From the UHGV virus genome UHGV-0344222: a DNA stretch of 39,491 nt; one strand, written 5' to 3'. The notes below the pieces were generated by a model. It had not been told where the DNA came from. It searched no databases and saw nothing but the letters and a program-made list of their open reading frames with translations. The DNA is from a virus. Shown piece by piece: positions 23,197 to 34,874 of the stretch (its first letter is position 1; each line of letters opens with the position of its first letter). Both the position numbers and the translations under genes were made by a program.

Positions 23197-23775
23197 ATGG
23201 CCATAAAAGGTCTTGAGCAGGCCGTTGAAAACCTCAGCCGTATCAGCAGAACGGCGGTGCCCGGTGCCGCCGCAATGGCCATTAACCGCGTTGCTTCATC
23301 CGCGATATCGCAGTCGGCGTCACAGGTTGCCCGTGAGACAAAGGTACGCCGGAAACTGGTAAAGGAAAGGGCCAGGCTGAAAAGGGCCACGGTCAAAAAT
23401 CCGCAGGCCAGAATCAGGGTTAACCGGGGGGATTTGCCCGTAATAAAGCTGGGTAACGCGCGGATTGTCCTGTCCCGACGCAGGCGTCGTAAAAAGGGGC
23501 AGCGTTCATCCCTGAAAGGTGGCGGCAGCGTGCTTGTGGTGGGAAACCGTCGTATTCCCGGCGCGTTTATTCAGCAACTGAAAAATGGCCGCTGGCATGT
23601 CATGCAGCGTGTGGCCGGGAAAAACCGTTACCCTATTGATGTGGTGAAAATCCCGATGGCGGTGCCGCTGACCACGGCGTTTAAACAAAATATTGAGCGG
23701 ATACGGCGTGAACGTCTTCCGAAAGAGCTGGGCTATGCGCTGCAGCATCAACTGAGGATGGTAATAAAGCGATGA
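23197..23775 (+). CDS. Z: Tail completion protein Z
   Basis: MAIKGLEQAVENLSRISRTAVPGAAAM... 192 aa. Confidence 0.93.
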   Translation: MAIKGLEQAVENLSRISRTAVPGAAAMAINRVASSAISQSASQVARETKVRRKLVKERARLKRATVKNPQARIRVNRGDLPVIKLGNARIVLSRRRRRKKGQRSSLKGGGSVLVVGNRRIPGAFIQQLKNGRWHVMQRVAGKNRYPIDVVKIPMAVPLTTAFKQNIERIRRERLPKELGYALQHQLRMVIKR

Positions 23776-24167
23776 AACATACTGAACTCCGTGCAGCCGT
23801 ACTGGATGCACTGGAGAAGCATGACACCGGGGCGACGTTTTTTGATGGTCGCCCCGCTGTTTTTGATGAGGCGGATTTTCCGGCAGTTGCCGTTTATCTC
23901 ACCGGCGCTGAATACACGGGCGAAGAGCTGGACAGCGATACATGGCAGGCGGAGCTGCATATTGAAGTTTTCCTGCCTGCTCAGGTGCCGGATTCAGAGC
24001 TGGATGCGTGGATGGAGTCCCGGATTTATCCGGTGATGAGCGATATCCCGGCGCTGTCAGATTTGATCACCAGTATGGTGGCCAGTGGCTATGACTACCG
24101 GCGCGACGATGATGCGGGCCTGTGGAGTTCAGCCGATCTGACTTATGTCATTACCTATGAAATGTGA
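23772..24167 (+). CDS. U: Tail terminator U
   Basis: 131 aa [26 protein letters not shown]... Confidence 0.95.
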   Translation: MKHTELRAAVLDALEKHDTGATFFDGRPAVFDEADFPAVAVYLTGAEYTGEELDSDTWQAELHIEVFLPAQVPDSELDAWMESRIYPVMSDIPALSDLITSMVASGYDYRRDDDAGLWSSADLTYVITYEM

Positions 24168-24174
24168 GGACGAT

Positions 24175-24915
24175 ATGCCAACACCAAATCCTCTGGCACC
24201 GGTGAAAGGGGCCGGGACCACCCTGTGGGTTTATAACGGGAGCGGTGACCCTTATGCGAATCCGCTTTCAGACGTTGACTGGTCGCGTCTGGCAAAAGTT
24301 AAAGACCTGACGCCCGGCGAACTGACCGCTGAGTCCTATGACGACAGCTATCTCGATGATGAAAATGCGGACTGGACTGCGACCGGGCAGGGGCAGAAAT
24401 CTGCCGGAGATACCAGCTTCACGCTGGCGTGGATGCCCGGAGAGCAGGGGCAGCAGGCGCTGCTGGCGTGGTTTAATAAAGGGGATACCCGTGCCTATAA
24501 AATCCGCTTCCCGAACGGCACGGTCGATGTGTTCCGCGGCTGGGTCAGCAGTATCGGTAAGGCGGTGACGGCGAAGGAAGTGATCACCCGCACGGTGAAA
24601 GTCACCAACGTGGGACGTCCGTCGATGGCAGAAGATCGCAGCACGGTAACAGCGGCAACCGGCATGACCGTGACGCCTGCCAGCACTTCGGTGGTGAAAG
24701 GGCGGAGCATCACGCTGACCGTGGCATTCCAGCCGGAAGGCGCAACCGACAAGAGCTTCCGTGCGGTGTCTGCGGATAAAACAAAAGCCACCGTGTCGGT
24801 CAGTGGTATGACCATCACCGTGAAAGGTGTTGCTGCAGGCAAGGTCAACATTCCGGTTGTATCCGGTAATGGTGAACTTGCTGTGGTTGCAGGAATCACC
24901 GTCACCGACAGTTAA
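24175..24915 (+). CDS. V: Major tail tube protein V (with C-terminal Ig-like domain)
   Basis: [31 protein letters not shown]... 246 aa. Confidence 0.95.
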   Translation: MPTPNPLAPVKGAGTTLWVYNGSGDPYANPLSDVDWSRLAKVKDLTPGELTAESYDDSYLDDENADWTATGQGQKSAGDTSFTLAWMPGEQGQQALLAWFNKGDTRAYKIRFPNGTVDVFRGWVSSIGKAVTAKEVITRTVKVTNVGRPSMAEDRSTVTAATGMTVTPASTSVVKGRSITLTVAFQPEGATDKSFRAVSADKTKATVSVSGMTITVKGVAAGKVNIPVVSGNGELAVVAGITVTDS

Positions 24916-24930
24916 TCCGGAGAGTCAGCG

Positions 24931-25353
24931 ATGTTCCTGAAAACCGAATCATTTGAATATAACGGTGTGAGCGTCACGCTTTCTGAACTGTCAGCCCTGC
25001 AGCGAATTGAGCATCTCGCCCTGCTGAAACGACAGGCAGAACAGGCGGGATCCAGTCTCAATCGATAGGTGAGCGTGGAAGATCTCGTCAGAACCGGTGC
25101 TTTTCTGGTGGCGATGTCCCTGTGGCATAGCCATCCGCAGAAGACAAAGATGCCGTCCATGAATGAAGCCGTTAAACAAATTGAGCAGGAAGTGCTTACC
25201 ACCTGGCCCACAGAGGCAATTGCTCAGGCTGAAAATGTGGTAATGCGTCTGTCCGGTATGTCTGAGTTTGTTGTAAATGATGCCCCTGAACAGGCAGAGG
25301 ACGCCGGGCCTGCAGAGCCTGTTTCTGCGGGAAAGTGTTCGACGGTGAGCTGA
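24931..25353 (+). pseudogene. G: Tail assembly chaperone G interrupted by an in-frame TAG at codon 46 (25066-25068)
   Basis: MFLKTESFEYNGVSVTLSELSALQRIEHLALLKRQAEQAGSSLNR* then VSVEDLVRTGAFLVAM... in the same frame; slippery site G GGA AAG at 25329-25335 intact. Confidence 0.85.
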
Positions 25354-25769
25354 GTTTTGCCCTGAAACTGGCGCGTGAGATGGGGCGACCTGACTGGCGC
25401 GCCATGCTTGCCGGGATGTCATCCACGGAGTATGCCGACTGGCACCGCTTTTACAGTACCCATTATTTTCATGATGTTCTGCTGGATATGCACTTTTCCG
25501 GGCTGACGTACACCGTACTCAGCCTGTTTTTCAGCGATCCGGATATGCATCCGCTGGATTTCAGTCTGCTGAACCGGCGCGAGGCTGACGAAGAGCCTGA
25601 AGATGATGTGCTGATGCAGAAAGCGGCAGGGCTTGCCGGAGGCGTCCGCTTTGGCCCGGACGGGAATGAAGTTATCCCCGCTTCCCCGGATGTGGCGGAC
25701 ATGACGGAGGATGACGTAATGCTGATGACAGTATCAGAAGGGATCGCAGGAGGAGTCCGGTATGGCTGA
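25335..25769 (+). CDS. T: T portion of the G-T tail assembly chaperone (made by -1 frameshift from G)
   Basis: -1 frame ORF MFDGELSFALKLAREMGRPDWRAMLAGMSSTEYADWHRFY... following the slippery heptamer. Confidence 0.8.
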   Translation: MFDGELSFALKLAREMGRPDWRAMLAGMSSTEYADWHRFYSTHYFHDVLLDMHFSGLTYTVLSLFFSDPDMHPLDFSLLNRREADEEPEDDVLMQKAAGLAGGVRFGPDGNEVIPASPDVADMTEDDVMLMTVSEGIAGGVRYG

Positions 25770-28323
25770 ACCGGTAGGCGATCTGGTCGTTGATTTGAGT
25801 CTGGATGCGGCCAGATTTGACGAGCAGATGGCCAGAGTCAGGCGTCATTTTTCCGGTACGGAAAGTGATGCGAAAAAAACAGCGGCAGTCGTTGAACAGT
25901 CAATGAACCGGCAGGCGCTGGCTGCACAGAAAGCGGGGATTTCCGTCGGACAGTATAAAGCCGCCATGCGTATGCTGCCTGCACAGTTCACCGACGTGGC
26001 CACGCAGCTTGCAGGCGGGCAAAGCCCGTGGCTGATCCTGCTGCAACAGGGGGGTCAGGTTAAGGACTCCTTCGGCGGGATGATCCCCATGTTCAGGGGG
26101 CTTGCCGGTGCGATCACCCTGCCGATGGTGGGGGCCACCTCGCTGGCGGTGGCGACCGGTGCGCTGGCGTATGCCTGGTATCAGGGCAACTCAACCCTGT
26201 CCGATTTCAACAAAACGCTGGTCCTTTCCGGCAATCAGGCGGGACTGACGGCAGATCGTATGCTGGTCCTGTCCAGAGCCGGGCAGGCGGCAGGGCTGAC
26301 GTTTAACCAGACCAGCGAGTCACTGACGGCGCTGGTGAATGCCGGTGTGCGTGGTGGTGAGCAGTTTGAGGCGATCAGCCAGAGTGTGGCGCGTTTCTCC
26401 TCTGCATCCGGCGTGGAGGTGGACAAGGTCGCTGAAGCCTTCGGGAAGCTGACCACAGACCCGACGTCGGGACTGACAGCGATGGCACGTCAGTTCCATA
26501 ACGTGACGGCGGAGCAGATTGCGTATGTTGCTCAGTTGCAGCGTTCCGGAGATGAAGCCGGGGCATTGCAGGCGGCGAACGAGGCCGCAACGAAAGGGTT
26601 TGATGACCAGACCCGACGCCTGAAAGAGAACATGGGCACGCTGGAAACCTGGGCAGACAGGACAGCACGGGCATTCAAATCCATGTGGGATGCGGTGCTG
26701 GATATTGGTCGTCCTGATACCGCTCAGGAGATGCTGATTAAGGCAGAGGCTGCGTTTAAGAAAGCAGACGACATCTGGAATCTGCGCAAGGATGATTATT
26801 TTGTTAACGATGAAGCGCGGGCGCGTTACTGGGATGATCGTGAAAAGGCCCGTCTTGCGCTTGAAGCCGCCCGAAAGAAGGCTGAGCAGCAGACTCAACA
26901 GGACAAAAATGCGCAGCAGCAGAGCGATACTGAAGCGTCACAGCTGAAATATACCGAAGAGGCGCAGAAGGCTTACGAACGGCTGCAGACGCCGCTGGAG
27001 AAATATACCGCCCGTCAGGAAGAACTGAACAAGGCACTGAAAGACGGGAAAATCCTGCAGGCGGATTACAACACGCTGATGGCGGCGGCGAAAAAGGATT
27101 ATGAAGCGACGCTGAAAAAGCCGAAACAGTCCGGCGTGAAGGTGTCTGCGGGCGATCGTCAGGAAGACAGTGCTCATGCTGCCCTGCTGACGCTTCAGGC
27201 AGAACTCCGGACGCTGGAGAAGCATGCCGGAGCAAATGAGAAAATCAGCCAGCAGCGCCGGGATTTGTGGAAGGCGGAGAGTCAGTTCGCGGTACTGGAG
27301 GAGGCGGCGCAACGTCGCCAGCTGTCTGCACAGGAGAAATCCCTGCTGGCGCATAAAGATGAGACGCTGGAGTACAAACGCCAGCTGGCTGCACTTGGCG
27401 ACAAGGTTACGTATCAGGAGCGCCTGAACGCGCTGGCGCAGCAGGCGGATAAATTCGCACAGCAGCAACGGGCAAAACGGGCCGCCATTGATGCGAAAAG
27501 CCGGGGGCTGACTGACCGGCAGGCAGAACGGGAAGCCACGGAACAGCGCCTGAAGGAACAGTATGGCGATAATCCGCTGGCGCTGAATAACGTCATGTCA
27601 GAGCAGAAAAAGACCTGGGCGGCTGAAGACCAGCTTCGCGGGAACTGGATGGCAGGCCTGAAGTCCGGCTGGAGTGAGTGGGAAGAGAGCGCCACGGACA
27701 GTATGTCGCAGGTAAAAAGTGCAGCCACGCAGACCTTTGATGGTATTGCACAGAATATGGCGGCGATGCTGACCGGCAGTGAGCAGAACTGGCGCAGCTT
27801 CACCCGTTCCGTGCTGTCCATGATGACAGAAATTCTGCTTAAGCAGGCAATGGTGGGGATTGTCGGGAGTATCGGCAGCGCCATTGGCGGGGCTGTTGGT
27901 GGCGGCGCATCCGCGTCAGGCGGTACAGCCATTCAGGCCGCTGCGGCGAAATTCCATTTTGCAACCGGAGGATTTACGGGAACCGGCGGCAAATATGAGC
28001 CAGCGGGGATTGTTCACCGTGGTGAGTTTGTCTTCACGAAGGAGGCAACCAGCCGGATTGGCGTGGGGAATCTTTACCGGCTGATGCGCGGCTATGCCAC
28101 CGGCGGTTATGTCGGTACACCGGGCAGCATGGCAGACAGCCGGTCGCAGGCGTCCGGGACGTTTGAGCAGAATAACCATGTGGTGATTAACAACGACGGC
28201 ACGAACGGGCAGATAGGTCCGGCTGCTCTGAAGGCGGTGTATGACATGGCCCGCAAGGGTGCCCGTGATGAAATTCAGACACAGATGCGTGATGGTGGCC
28301 TGTTCTCCGGAGGTGGACGATGA
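25762..28323 (+). CDS. H: Tail tape-measure protein H
   Basis: 853 aa, lambda gpH-like. Confidence 0.97.
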   Translation: MAEPVGDLVVDLSLDAARFDEQMARVRRHFSGTESDAKKTAAVVEQSMNRQALAAQKAGISVGQYKAAMRMLPAQFTDVATQLAGGQSPWLILLQQGGQVKDSFGGMIPMFRGLAGAITLPMVGATSLAVATGALAYAWYQGNSTLSDFNKTLVLSGNQAGLTADRMLVLSRAGQAAGLTFNQTSESLTALVNAGVRGGEQFEAISQSVARFSSASGVEVDKVAEAFGKLTTDPTSGLTAMARQFHNVTAEQIAYVAQLQRSGDEAGALQAANEAATKGFDDQTRRLKENMGTLETWADRTARAFKSMWDAVLDIGRPDTAQEMLIKAEAAFKKADDIWNLRKDDYFVNDEARARYWDDREKARLALEAARKKAEQQTQQDKNAQQQSDTEASQLKYTEEAQKAYERLQTPLEKYTARQEELNKALKDGKILQADYNTLMAAAKKDYEATLKKPKQSGVKVSAGDRQEDSAHAALLTLQAELRTLEKHAGANEKISQQRRDLWKAESQFAVLEEAAQRRQLSAQEKSLLAHKDETLEYKRQLAALGDKVTYQERLNALAQQADKFAQQQRAKRAAIDAKSRGLTDRQAEREATEQRLKEQYGDNPLALNNVMSEQKKTWAAEDQLRGNWMAGLKSGWSEWEESATDSMSQVKSAATQTFDGIAQNMAAMLTGSEQNWRSFTRSVLSMMTEILLKQAMVGIVGSIGSAIGGAVGGGASASGGTAIQAAAAKFHFATGGFTGTGGKYEPAGIVHRGEFVFTKEATSRIGVGNLYRLMRGYATGGYVGTPGSMADSRSQASGTFEQNNHVVINNDGTNGQIGPAALKAVYDMARKGARDEIQTQMRDGGLFSGGGR

Positions 28324-28649
28324 AGACCTTCCGCTGGAAAGTGAAACCCGGTATGGATGTGGCTTCGGTCCCTTCTGTAAGAAAGGTGCGCTTTGGTGAT
28401 GGCTATTCTCAGCGAGCGCCTGCCGGGCTGAATGCCAACCTGAAAACGTACAGCGTGACGCTTTCTGTCCCCCGTGAGGAGGCCACGGTACTGGAGTCGT
28501 TTCTGGAAGAGCACGGGGGCTGGAAATCCTTTCTGTGGACGCCGCCTTATGAGTGGCGGCAGATAAAGGTGACCTGCGCAAAATGGTCGTCGCGGGTCAG
28601 TATGTTGCGTGTTGAGTTCAGCGCAGAGTTTGAACAGGTGGTGAACTGA
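28320..28649 (+). CDS. M: Tail tip protein M
   Basis: 109 aa MKTFRWKVKPGMDVASVPSVRKVRFGDGYSQRAPAG... Confidence 0.95.
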   Translation: MKTFRWKVKPGMDVASVPSVRKVRFGDGYSQRAPAGLNANLKTYSVTLSVPREEATVLESFLEEHGGWKSFLWTPPYEWRQIKVTCAKWSSRVSMLRVEFSAEFEQVVN

Positions 28650-29347
28650 TGCAGGATATCCGGCAGGAAACACTGAATGAATGCACCCGTGCGGAGCAGT
28701 CGGCCAGCGTGGTGCTCTGGGAAATCGACCTGACAGAGGTCGGTGGAGAACGTTATTTTTTCTGTAATGAGCAGAACGAAAAAGGTGAGCCGGTCACCTG
28801 GCAGGGGCGACAGTATCAGCCGTATCCCATTCAGGGGAGCGGTTTTGAACTGAATGGCAAAGGCACCAGTACGCGCCCCACGCTGACGGTTTCTAACCTG
28901 TACGGTATGGTCACCGGGATGGCGGAAGATATGCAGAGTCTGGTCGGCGGAACGGTGGTCCGGCGTAAGGTTTACGCCCATTTTCTGGATGCGGTGAACT
29001 TCGTCAACGGAAACAGTTACGCCGATCCGGAGCAGGAGGTGATCAGCCGCTGGCGCATTGAGCAGTGCAGCGAACTGAGCGCGGTGAGTGCCTCCTTTGT
29101 ACTGTCCACGCCGACGGAAACGGATGGCGCTGTTTTTCCGGGACGTATCATGCTGGCCAACACCTGCACCTGGACCTATCGCGGTGACGAGTGCGGTTAT
29201 AGCGGTCCGGCTGTCGCGGATGAATATGACCAGCCAACGTCCGATATCACGAAGGATAAATGCAGCAAATGCCTGAGCGGTTGTAAGTTCCGCAATAACG
29301 TCGGCAACTTTGGCGGCTTCCTTTCCATTAACAAACTTTCGCAGTAA
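28649..29347 (+). CDS. L: Tail tip protein L
   Basis: 232 aa MQDIRQETLNECTRAEQSASVVLWEIDLTEVGGERYFF... Confidence 0.95.
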   Translation: MQDIRQETLNECTRAEQSASVVLWEIDLTEVGGERYFFCNEQNEKGEPVTWQGRQYQPYPIQGSGFELNGKGTSTRPTLTVSNLYGMVTGMAEDMQSLVGGTVVRRKVYAHFLDAVNFVNGNSYADPEQEVISRWRIEQCSELSAVSASFVLSTPTETDGAVFPGRIMLANTCTWTYRGDECGYSGPAVADEYDQPTSDITKDKCSKCLSGCKFRNNVGNFGGFLSINKLSQ

Positions 29348-29352
29348 ATCCC

Positions 29353-30096
29353 ATGACACAGACAGAATCAGCGATTCTGGCGCACGCCCGGCGATGTGCG
29401 CCAGCGGAGTCGTGCGGCTTCGTGGTAAGCACGCCGGAGGGGGAAAGATATTTTCCCTGCGTGAATATCTCCGGTGAGCCGGAGGCGTATTTCCGTATGT
29501 CGCCGGAAGACTGGCTGCAGGCAGAGATGCAGGGTGAGATTGTGGCGCTGGTCCACAGCCACCCCGGTGGTCTGCCCTGGCTGAGTGAGGCCGACCGGCG
29601 GCTGCAGGTGCAGAGTGATTTGCCGTGGTGGCTGGTCTGCCGGGGGACGATTCATAAGTTCCGCTGTGTGCCGCATCTCACCGGGCGGCGCTTTGAGCAC
29701 GGTGTGACGGACTGTTACACACTGTTCCGGGATGCTTATCATCTGGCGGGGATTGAGATGCCGGACTTTCATCGTGAGGATGACTGGTGGCGTAACGGCC
29801 AGAATCTCTATCTGGATAATCTGGAGGCGACGGGGCTGTATCAGGTGCCGTTGTCAGCGGCACAGCCGGGCGATGTGCTGCTGTGCTGTTTTGGTTCATC
29901 AGTGCCGAATCACGCCGCAATTTACTGCGGCGACGGCGAGCTGCTGCACCATATTCCTGAACAACTGAGCAAACGAGAGAGGTACACCGACAAATGGCAG
30001 CGACGCACACACTCCCTCTGGCGTCACCGGGCATGGCGCGCATCTGCCTTTACGGGGATTTACAACGATTTGGTCGCCGCATCGACCTTCGTGTGA
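29353..30096 (+). CDS. K: Tail tip assembly protein K (JAB/MPN plus NlpC/P60-like); overlaps I
   Basis: HSHPGGLPWLSEAD JAMM-type motif; ORF of 247 codons as given by the track, true stop/start usage not verified. Confidence 0.85.
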   Translation: MTQTESAILAHARRCAPAESCGFVVSTPEGERYFPCVNISGEPEAYFRMSPEDWLQAEMQGEIVALVHSHPGGLPWLSEADRRLQVQSDLPWWLVCRGTIHKFRCVPHLTGRRFEHGVTDCYTLFRDAYHLAGIEMPDFHREDDWWRNGQNLYLDNLEATGLYQVPLSAAQPGDVLLCCFGSSVPNHAAIYCGDGELLHHIPEQLSKRERYTDKWQRRTHSLWRHRAWRASAFTGIYNDLVAASTFV

Positions 30097-30665
30097 AAAC
30101 GGGGGCTGAAGCCATCCGGGCACTGGCCACACAGCTCCCGGCGTTTCGTCAGAAACTGAGCGACGGCTGGTATCAGGTACGGATTGCCGGGCGGGACGTC
30201 AGCACGTCCGGGTTAACGGCGCAGTTACATGAGACTCTGCCTGATGGCGCTGTGATTCATATTGTTCCCAGAGTCGCCGGGGCCAAGTCAGGTGGCGTAT
30301 TCCAGATTGTCCTGGGGGCTGCCGCCATTGCCGGATCATTCTTTACCGCCGGAGCCACCCTTGCAGCATGGGGGGCAGCCATTGGGGCCGGTGGTATGAC
30401 CGGCATCCTGTTTTCTCTCGGTGCCAGTATGGTGCTCGGTGGTGTGGCGCAGATGCTGGCACCGAAAGCCAGAACTCCCCGTACACAGACAACGGATAAC
30501 GGTAAGCAGAACACCTATTTCTCCTCACTGGATAACATGGTTGCCCAGGGCAATGTTCTGCCTGTTCTGTACGGGGAAATGCGCGTGGGGTCACGCGTGG
30601 TTTCTCAGGAGATCAGCACGGCAGACGAAGGGGACGGTGGTCAGGTTGTGGTGATTGGTCGCTGA
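29994..30665 (+). CDS. I: Tail tip assembly protein I
   Basis: 223 aa MAATHTLPLASPGMARICLYGDLQRFGRRIDLRVKTGAEAIRA... Confidence 0.95.
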   Translation: MAATHTLPLASPGMARICLYGDLQRFGRRIDLRVKTGAEAIRALATQLPAFRQKLSDGWYQVRIAGRDVSTSGLTAQLHETLPDGAVIHIVPRVAGAKSGGVFQIVLGAAAIAGSFFTAGATLAAWGAAIGAGGMTGILFSLGASMVLGGVAQMLAPKARTPRTQTTDNGKQNTYFSSLDNMVAQGNVLPVLYGEMRVGSRVVSQEISTADEGDGGQVVVIGR

Positions 30666-30725
30666 TGCAAAATGTTTTATGTGAAACCGCCTGCGGGCGG
30701 TTTTATCGTTTATGGAGCATGACGA

Positions 30726-33700
30726 ATGGGTAAAGGCAGCAGTAAAGGGCATACCCCGCGCGAAGCGAAGGACAACCTGAAGTCCACGCAGCTGCTGAGT
30801 GTGATCGATGCCATCAGCGAAGGGCCGGTTGAAGGTCCGGTGGATGGATTAAAAAGCGTGCTGCTGAACAGTACGCCGGTGCTGGACAGTGAGGGGAATA
30901 CCAATATATCCGGCGTCACGGTGGTGTTCCGGGCCGGTGAGCAGGAGCAGACACCGCCGGAGGGATTTGAATCCTCCGGCTCCGAGACGGTGCTCGGTAC
31001 AGAAGTGAAATATGACACGCCGATCACCCGGACCATCACGTCGGCAAACATTGACCGTCTGCGTTTTACTTTCGGCGTGCAGGCACTGGTGGAAACCACC
31101 TCAAAGGGGGACAGGAATCCATCGGAAGTCCGCCTGCTGGTTCAGATACAACGTAACGGTGGCTGGGTGACGGAAAAAGACATCACCATTAAGGGCAAAA
31201 CCACCTCGCAGTATCTGGCCTCGGTGGTGGTGGGTAACCTGCCGCCGCGCCCGTTCAATATCCGGATGCGCAGGATGACGCCGGACAGCACCACAGACCA
31301 GCTGCAGAACAAAACGCTCTGGTCGTCATACACCGAAATCATCGATGTGAAACAGTGCTACCCGAACACGGCACTGGTCGGCGTGCAGGTGGATTCGGAG
31401 CAGTTCGGCAGCCAGCAGGTGAGCCGTAATTATCATCTGCGCGGGCGCATTCTGCAGGTGCCGTCGAACTATAACCCGCAGACGCGGCAATACAGCGGTA
31501 TCTGGGACGGAACGTTTAAGCCAGCATACAGCAACAACATGGCCTGGTGTCTGTGGGATATGCTGACCCATCCGCGCTACGGCATGGGGAAACGTCTTGG
31601 TGCGGCGGATGTGGACAAATGGGCGCTGTATGTCATCGGCCAGCATTGCGATCAGTCGGTGCCGGACGGTTTTGGCGGCACGGAGCCGCGCATCACCTGT
31701 AATGCGTACCTGACCACACAGCGCAAGGCGTGGGATGTGCTCAGTGATTTCTGCTCTGCGATGCGCTGTATGCCGGTATGGAACGGGCAGACGCTGACGT
31801 TCGTGCAGGACCGACCGTCGGATAAGGTGTGGACCTATAACCGCAGTAATGTGGTGATGCCGGATGATGGTGCGCCGTTCCGCTACAGCTTCAGCGCCCT
31901 GAAGGACCGCCATAATGCCGTTGAGGTGAACTGGATTGACCCGAATAACGGCTGGGAGACGGCGACAGAGCTTGTGGAGGACACGCAGGCCATTGCCCGT
32001 TACGGTCGTAACGTCACGAAGATGGATGCTTTTGGCTGTACCAGCCGGGGGCAGGCACACCGCGCCGGGCTGTGGCTGATTAAAACAGAACTGCTGGAAA
32101 CGCAGACCGTGGACTTCAGCGTGGGTGCCGAAGGGCTTCGCCATGTACCGGGCGATGTCATTGAAATCTGCGATGATGACTATGCCGGTATCCGCACCGG
32201 CGGGCGCGTGCTGGCGGTAAACAGCCAGACCCGGACGCTGACGCTCGACCGTGAAATCACGCTGCCATCTTCCGGCACCACGCTGATAAGCCTGGTTGAC
32301 GGGCAGGGGAGTCCGGTCAGCGTGGAGGTTCAGTCCGTCACCGACGGCGTGAAGGTGAAAGTGAGCCGTGTTCCTGACGGCGTTGCTGAATACAGCGTAT
32401 GGGGGCTGAAGCTGCCGACGTTGCGCCAGCGCCTGTTCCGCTGCGTGAGTATCCGTGAGAACGACGACGGCACGTATGCCATCACCGCCGTGCAGCATGT
32501 ACCGGAAAAAGAGGCCATCGTGGATAACGGGGCGCACTTTGACGGCGACCAGAGCGGCACGGTAAATGGTGTCACGCCGCCAGCGGTGCAGCACCTGACC
32601 GCAGAAGTCACCGCAGACAGCGGGGAATACCAGGTGCTGGCCCGCTGGGACACGCCGAAGGTGGTGAAGGGCGTGAGCTTCCTGCTTCGCCTGACCGTGG
32701 CAGCGGATGACGGCCGTGAGCGGCTGGTCAGCACGGCCCGGACGACGGAAACCACTTACCGCTTCACACAACTGGCTCTGGGGAACTACAGGCTGACAGT
32801 CCGGGCAGTAAATGCGTGGGGGCAGCAGGGCGATCCGGCGTCGGTATCGTTCCGGATTGCCGCACCGGCAGCGCCGTCGCGGATTGAGCTGACGCCGGGC
32901 TATTTTCAGATAACCGCCACGCCGCATCTTGCGGTTTATGACCCGACGGTACAGTTTGAGTTCTGGTTCTCGGAAAAACGGATTGCGGATATCAGGCAGG
33001 TTGAAACCAGCGCGCGTTATCTTGGTACGGCACTGTACTGGATAGCCGCCAGTATCAATATCAAACCGGGCCATGATTATTATTTTTACGTTCGCAGTGT
33101 GAACACCGTTGGCAAATCGGCATTCGTGGAGGCTGTCGGTCAGCCGAGTGATGATGCATCAGGCTATCTGGATTTTTTCAAAGGCGAGATAGGGAAAACC
33201 CATCTGGCTCAGGAGCTGTGGACGCAGATTGATAACGGTCAGCTTGCGCCTGACCTGGCTGAAATCAGGACGTCCATTACGGATGTCAGCAATGAAATCA
33301 CACAGACCGTCAATAAGAAACTGGAAGACCAGAGTGCAGCGATCCAGCAGATACAGAAGGTTCAGGTTGATACAAATAATAATCTGAACAGCATGTGGGC
33401 TGTGAAGCTGCAACAGATGAAGGACGGACGCCTTTATATTGCGGGTATCGGTGCCGGTATTGAGAATACGCCAGCAGGAATGCAGAGTCAGGTGCTGCTG
33501 GCGGCAGACAGGATTGCGATGATTAATCCTGCGAATGGCAACACAAAACCGATGTTTGTTGGTCAGGGTGATCAGATATTCATGAATGAAGTGTTCCTGA
33601 AGCGCCTGACGGCCCCCACCATTACCAGCGGCGGCAATCCTCCGGCCTTTTCCCTGACACCGGACGGAAAGCTGACCGCTAAAAATGCGGATATCAGTGG

Positions 33701-34208
33701 CAGTGTGAATGCGAACTCCGGGACGCTCAACAACGTCACGATTAATGAGAACTGTCAGATTAAGGGGAAACTGTCAGCCAATCAGATTGAAGGCGATATT
33801 GTCAAAACGGTCAGCAAGTCTTTCCCCCGCACGAGCACTTATGCCAGTGGCACCATCACGGTAAGAATCAGTGATGATCAGAAATTTGACCGGCAGGTCA
33901 TGATACCGCCAGTGTTATTCCGCGGTGGTAAGCATGAGAATTTCAACAGTAATAACCAACAGTCATACTGGTATTCAACCTGCCGGTTAAGAGTGACCCG
34001 CAATGGTCAGGAGATTTTTAATCAGTCCACGACGGATGCTCAGGGCGTATTTTCCTCCGTTATAGATATGCCTGCCGGACAGGGGACGCTGACACTGACA
34101 TTCACCGTATCTTCATCAGGAGCGAATAACTGGACACCAACAACCAGTATCAGCGATCTGCTGGTTGTGGTGATGAAAAAATCCACAGCAGGTATCAGTA
34201 TCAGCTGA
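30726..34208 (+). CDS. J: Central tail fiber / host-specificity protein J (1160 aa) with divergent C-terminal receptor-binding region
   Basis: N-terminal about 980 aa lambda J-like; C-terminal about 170 aa differ from what I recall of lambda J. Confidence 0.93.
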   Translation: MGKGSSKGHTPREAKDNLKSTQLLSVIDAISEGPVEGPVDGLKSVLLNSTPVLDSEGNTNISGVTVVFRAGEQEQTPPEGFESSGSETVLGTEVKYDTPITRTITSANIDRLRFTFGVQALVETTSKGDRNPSEVRLLVQIQRNGGWVTEKDITIKGKTTSQYLASVVVGNLPPRPFNIRMRRMTPDSTTDQLQNKTLWSSYTEIIDVKQCYPNTALVGVQVDSEQFGSQQVSRNYHLRGRILQVPSNYNPQTRQYSGIWDGTFKPAYSNNMAWCLWDMLTHPRYGMGKRLGAADVDKWALYVIGQHCDQSVPDGFGGTEPRITCNAYLTTQRKAWDVLSDFCSAMRCMPVWNGQTLTFVQDRPSDKVWTYNRSNVVMPDDGAPFRYSFSALKDRHNAVEVNWIDPNNGWETATELVEDTQAIARYGRNVTKMDAFGCTSRGQAHRAGLWLIKTELLETQTVDFSVGAEGLRHVPGDVIEICDDDYAGIRTGGRVLAVNSQTRTLTLDREITLPSSGTTLISLVDGQGSPVSVEVQSVTDGVKVKVSRVPDGVAEYSVWGLKLPTLRQRLFRCVSIRENDDGTYAITAVQHVPEKEAIVDNGAHFDGDQSGTVNGVTPPAVQHLTAEVTADSGEYQVLARWDTPKVVKGVSFLLRLTVAADDGRERLVSTARTTETTYRFTQLALGNYRLTVRAVNAWGQQGDPASVSFRIAAPAAPSRIELTPGYFQITATPHLAVYDPTVQFEFWFSEKRIADIRQVETSARYLGTALYWIAASINIKPGHDYYFYVRSVNTVGKSAFVEAVGQPSDDASGYLDFFKGEIGKTHLAQELWTQIDNGQLAPDLAEIRTSITDVSNEITQTVNKKLEDQSAAIQQIQKVQVDTNNNLNSMWAVKLQQMKDGRLYIAGIGAGIENTPAGMQSQVLLAADRIAMINPANGNTKPMFVGQGDQIFMNEVFLKRLTAPTITSGGNPPAFSLTPDGKLTAKNADISGSVNANSGTLNNVTINENCQIKGKLSANQIEGDIVKTVSKSFPRTSTYASGTITVRISDDQKFDRQVMIPPVLFRGGKHENFNSNNQQSYWYSTCRLRVTRNGQEIFNQSTTDAQGVFSSVIDMPAGQGTLTLTFTVSSSGANNWTPTTSISDLLVVVMKKSTAGISIS

Positions 34209-34274
34209 ATTTTATAACCCAGAACGGGCGTCAGAAATGACGCCTTTTTTATTGCAGAAAAGCGAGAGGTAATT

Positions 34275-34874
34275 ATGCGTAAACTTTATGCCGCCATTTT
34301 GTCCGCAGCCATCTGTCTGGCCGTATCCGGTGCGCCTGCATGGGCGTCTGAACATCAGTCCACGCTGAGCGCGGGCTATCTTCATGCCTCGACGAACGTT
34401 TCCGGCAGCGATGATCTGAACGGGATTAACGTGAAATACCGTTATGAGTTTACGGACACGCTGGGAATGGTGACGTCATTCAGCTATGCAGGAGACAAGA
34501 ATCGCCAGCTTACCCGTTACAGCGATACCCGCTGGCATGAAGATTCCGTGCGTAACCGCTGGTTCAGCGTAATGGCGGGGCCGTCTGTGCGCGTGAATGA
34601 ATGGTTCAGCGCGTATGCGATGGCGGGTGTGGCTTACAGCCGTGTGTCGACTTTCTCCGGGGATTATCTCCGCGTAATTGACAACAAGGGGAAAACGCAC
34701 GACGTGCTGACCGGAAGTGATGACGGTCGCCACAGCAACACGTCTCTGGCGTGGGGAGCTGGCGTGCAGTTTAACCCGACCGAATCCGTGGCCATTGATA
34801 TTGCTTATGAAGGCTCCGGCAGTGGTGACTGGCGCACTGACGGTTTCATCGTGGGTGTCGGTTATAAATTCTGA
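34275..34874 (+). CDS. lom: Lom outer-membrane protein (Ail/OmpX family)
   Basis: 199 aa with signal peptide [24 protein letters not shown] and ...[11 protein letters not shown]-terminus. Confidence 0.9.

Noticed and set aside
25048-25084. BamHI, ClaI and BglII sites clustered around the G amber codon, suggesting an engineered linker
   Set aside because: The surrounding gene is uniformly diverged from lambda rather than carrying a clean insert, and three six-base sites in GC-balanced DNA can occur by chance.
31326-33074. 582-aa minus-strand ORF antisense to J, and the nested 141-aa ORF at 32330-32755
   Set aside because: Lies entirely inside the well-supported J gene on the opposite strand; GC-rich coding DNA commonly yields long antisense ORFs.
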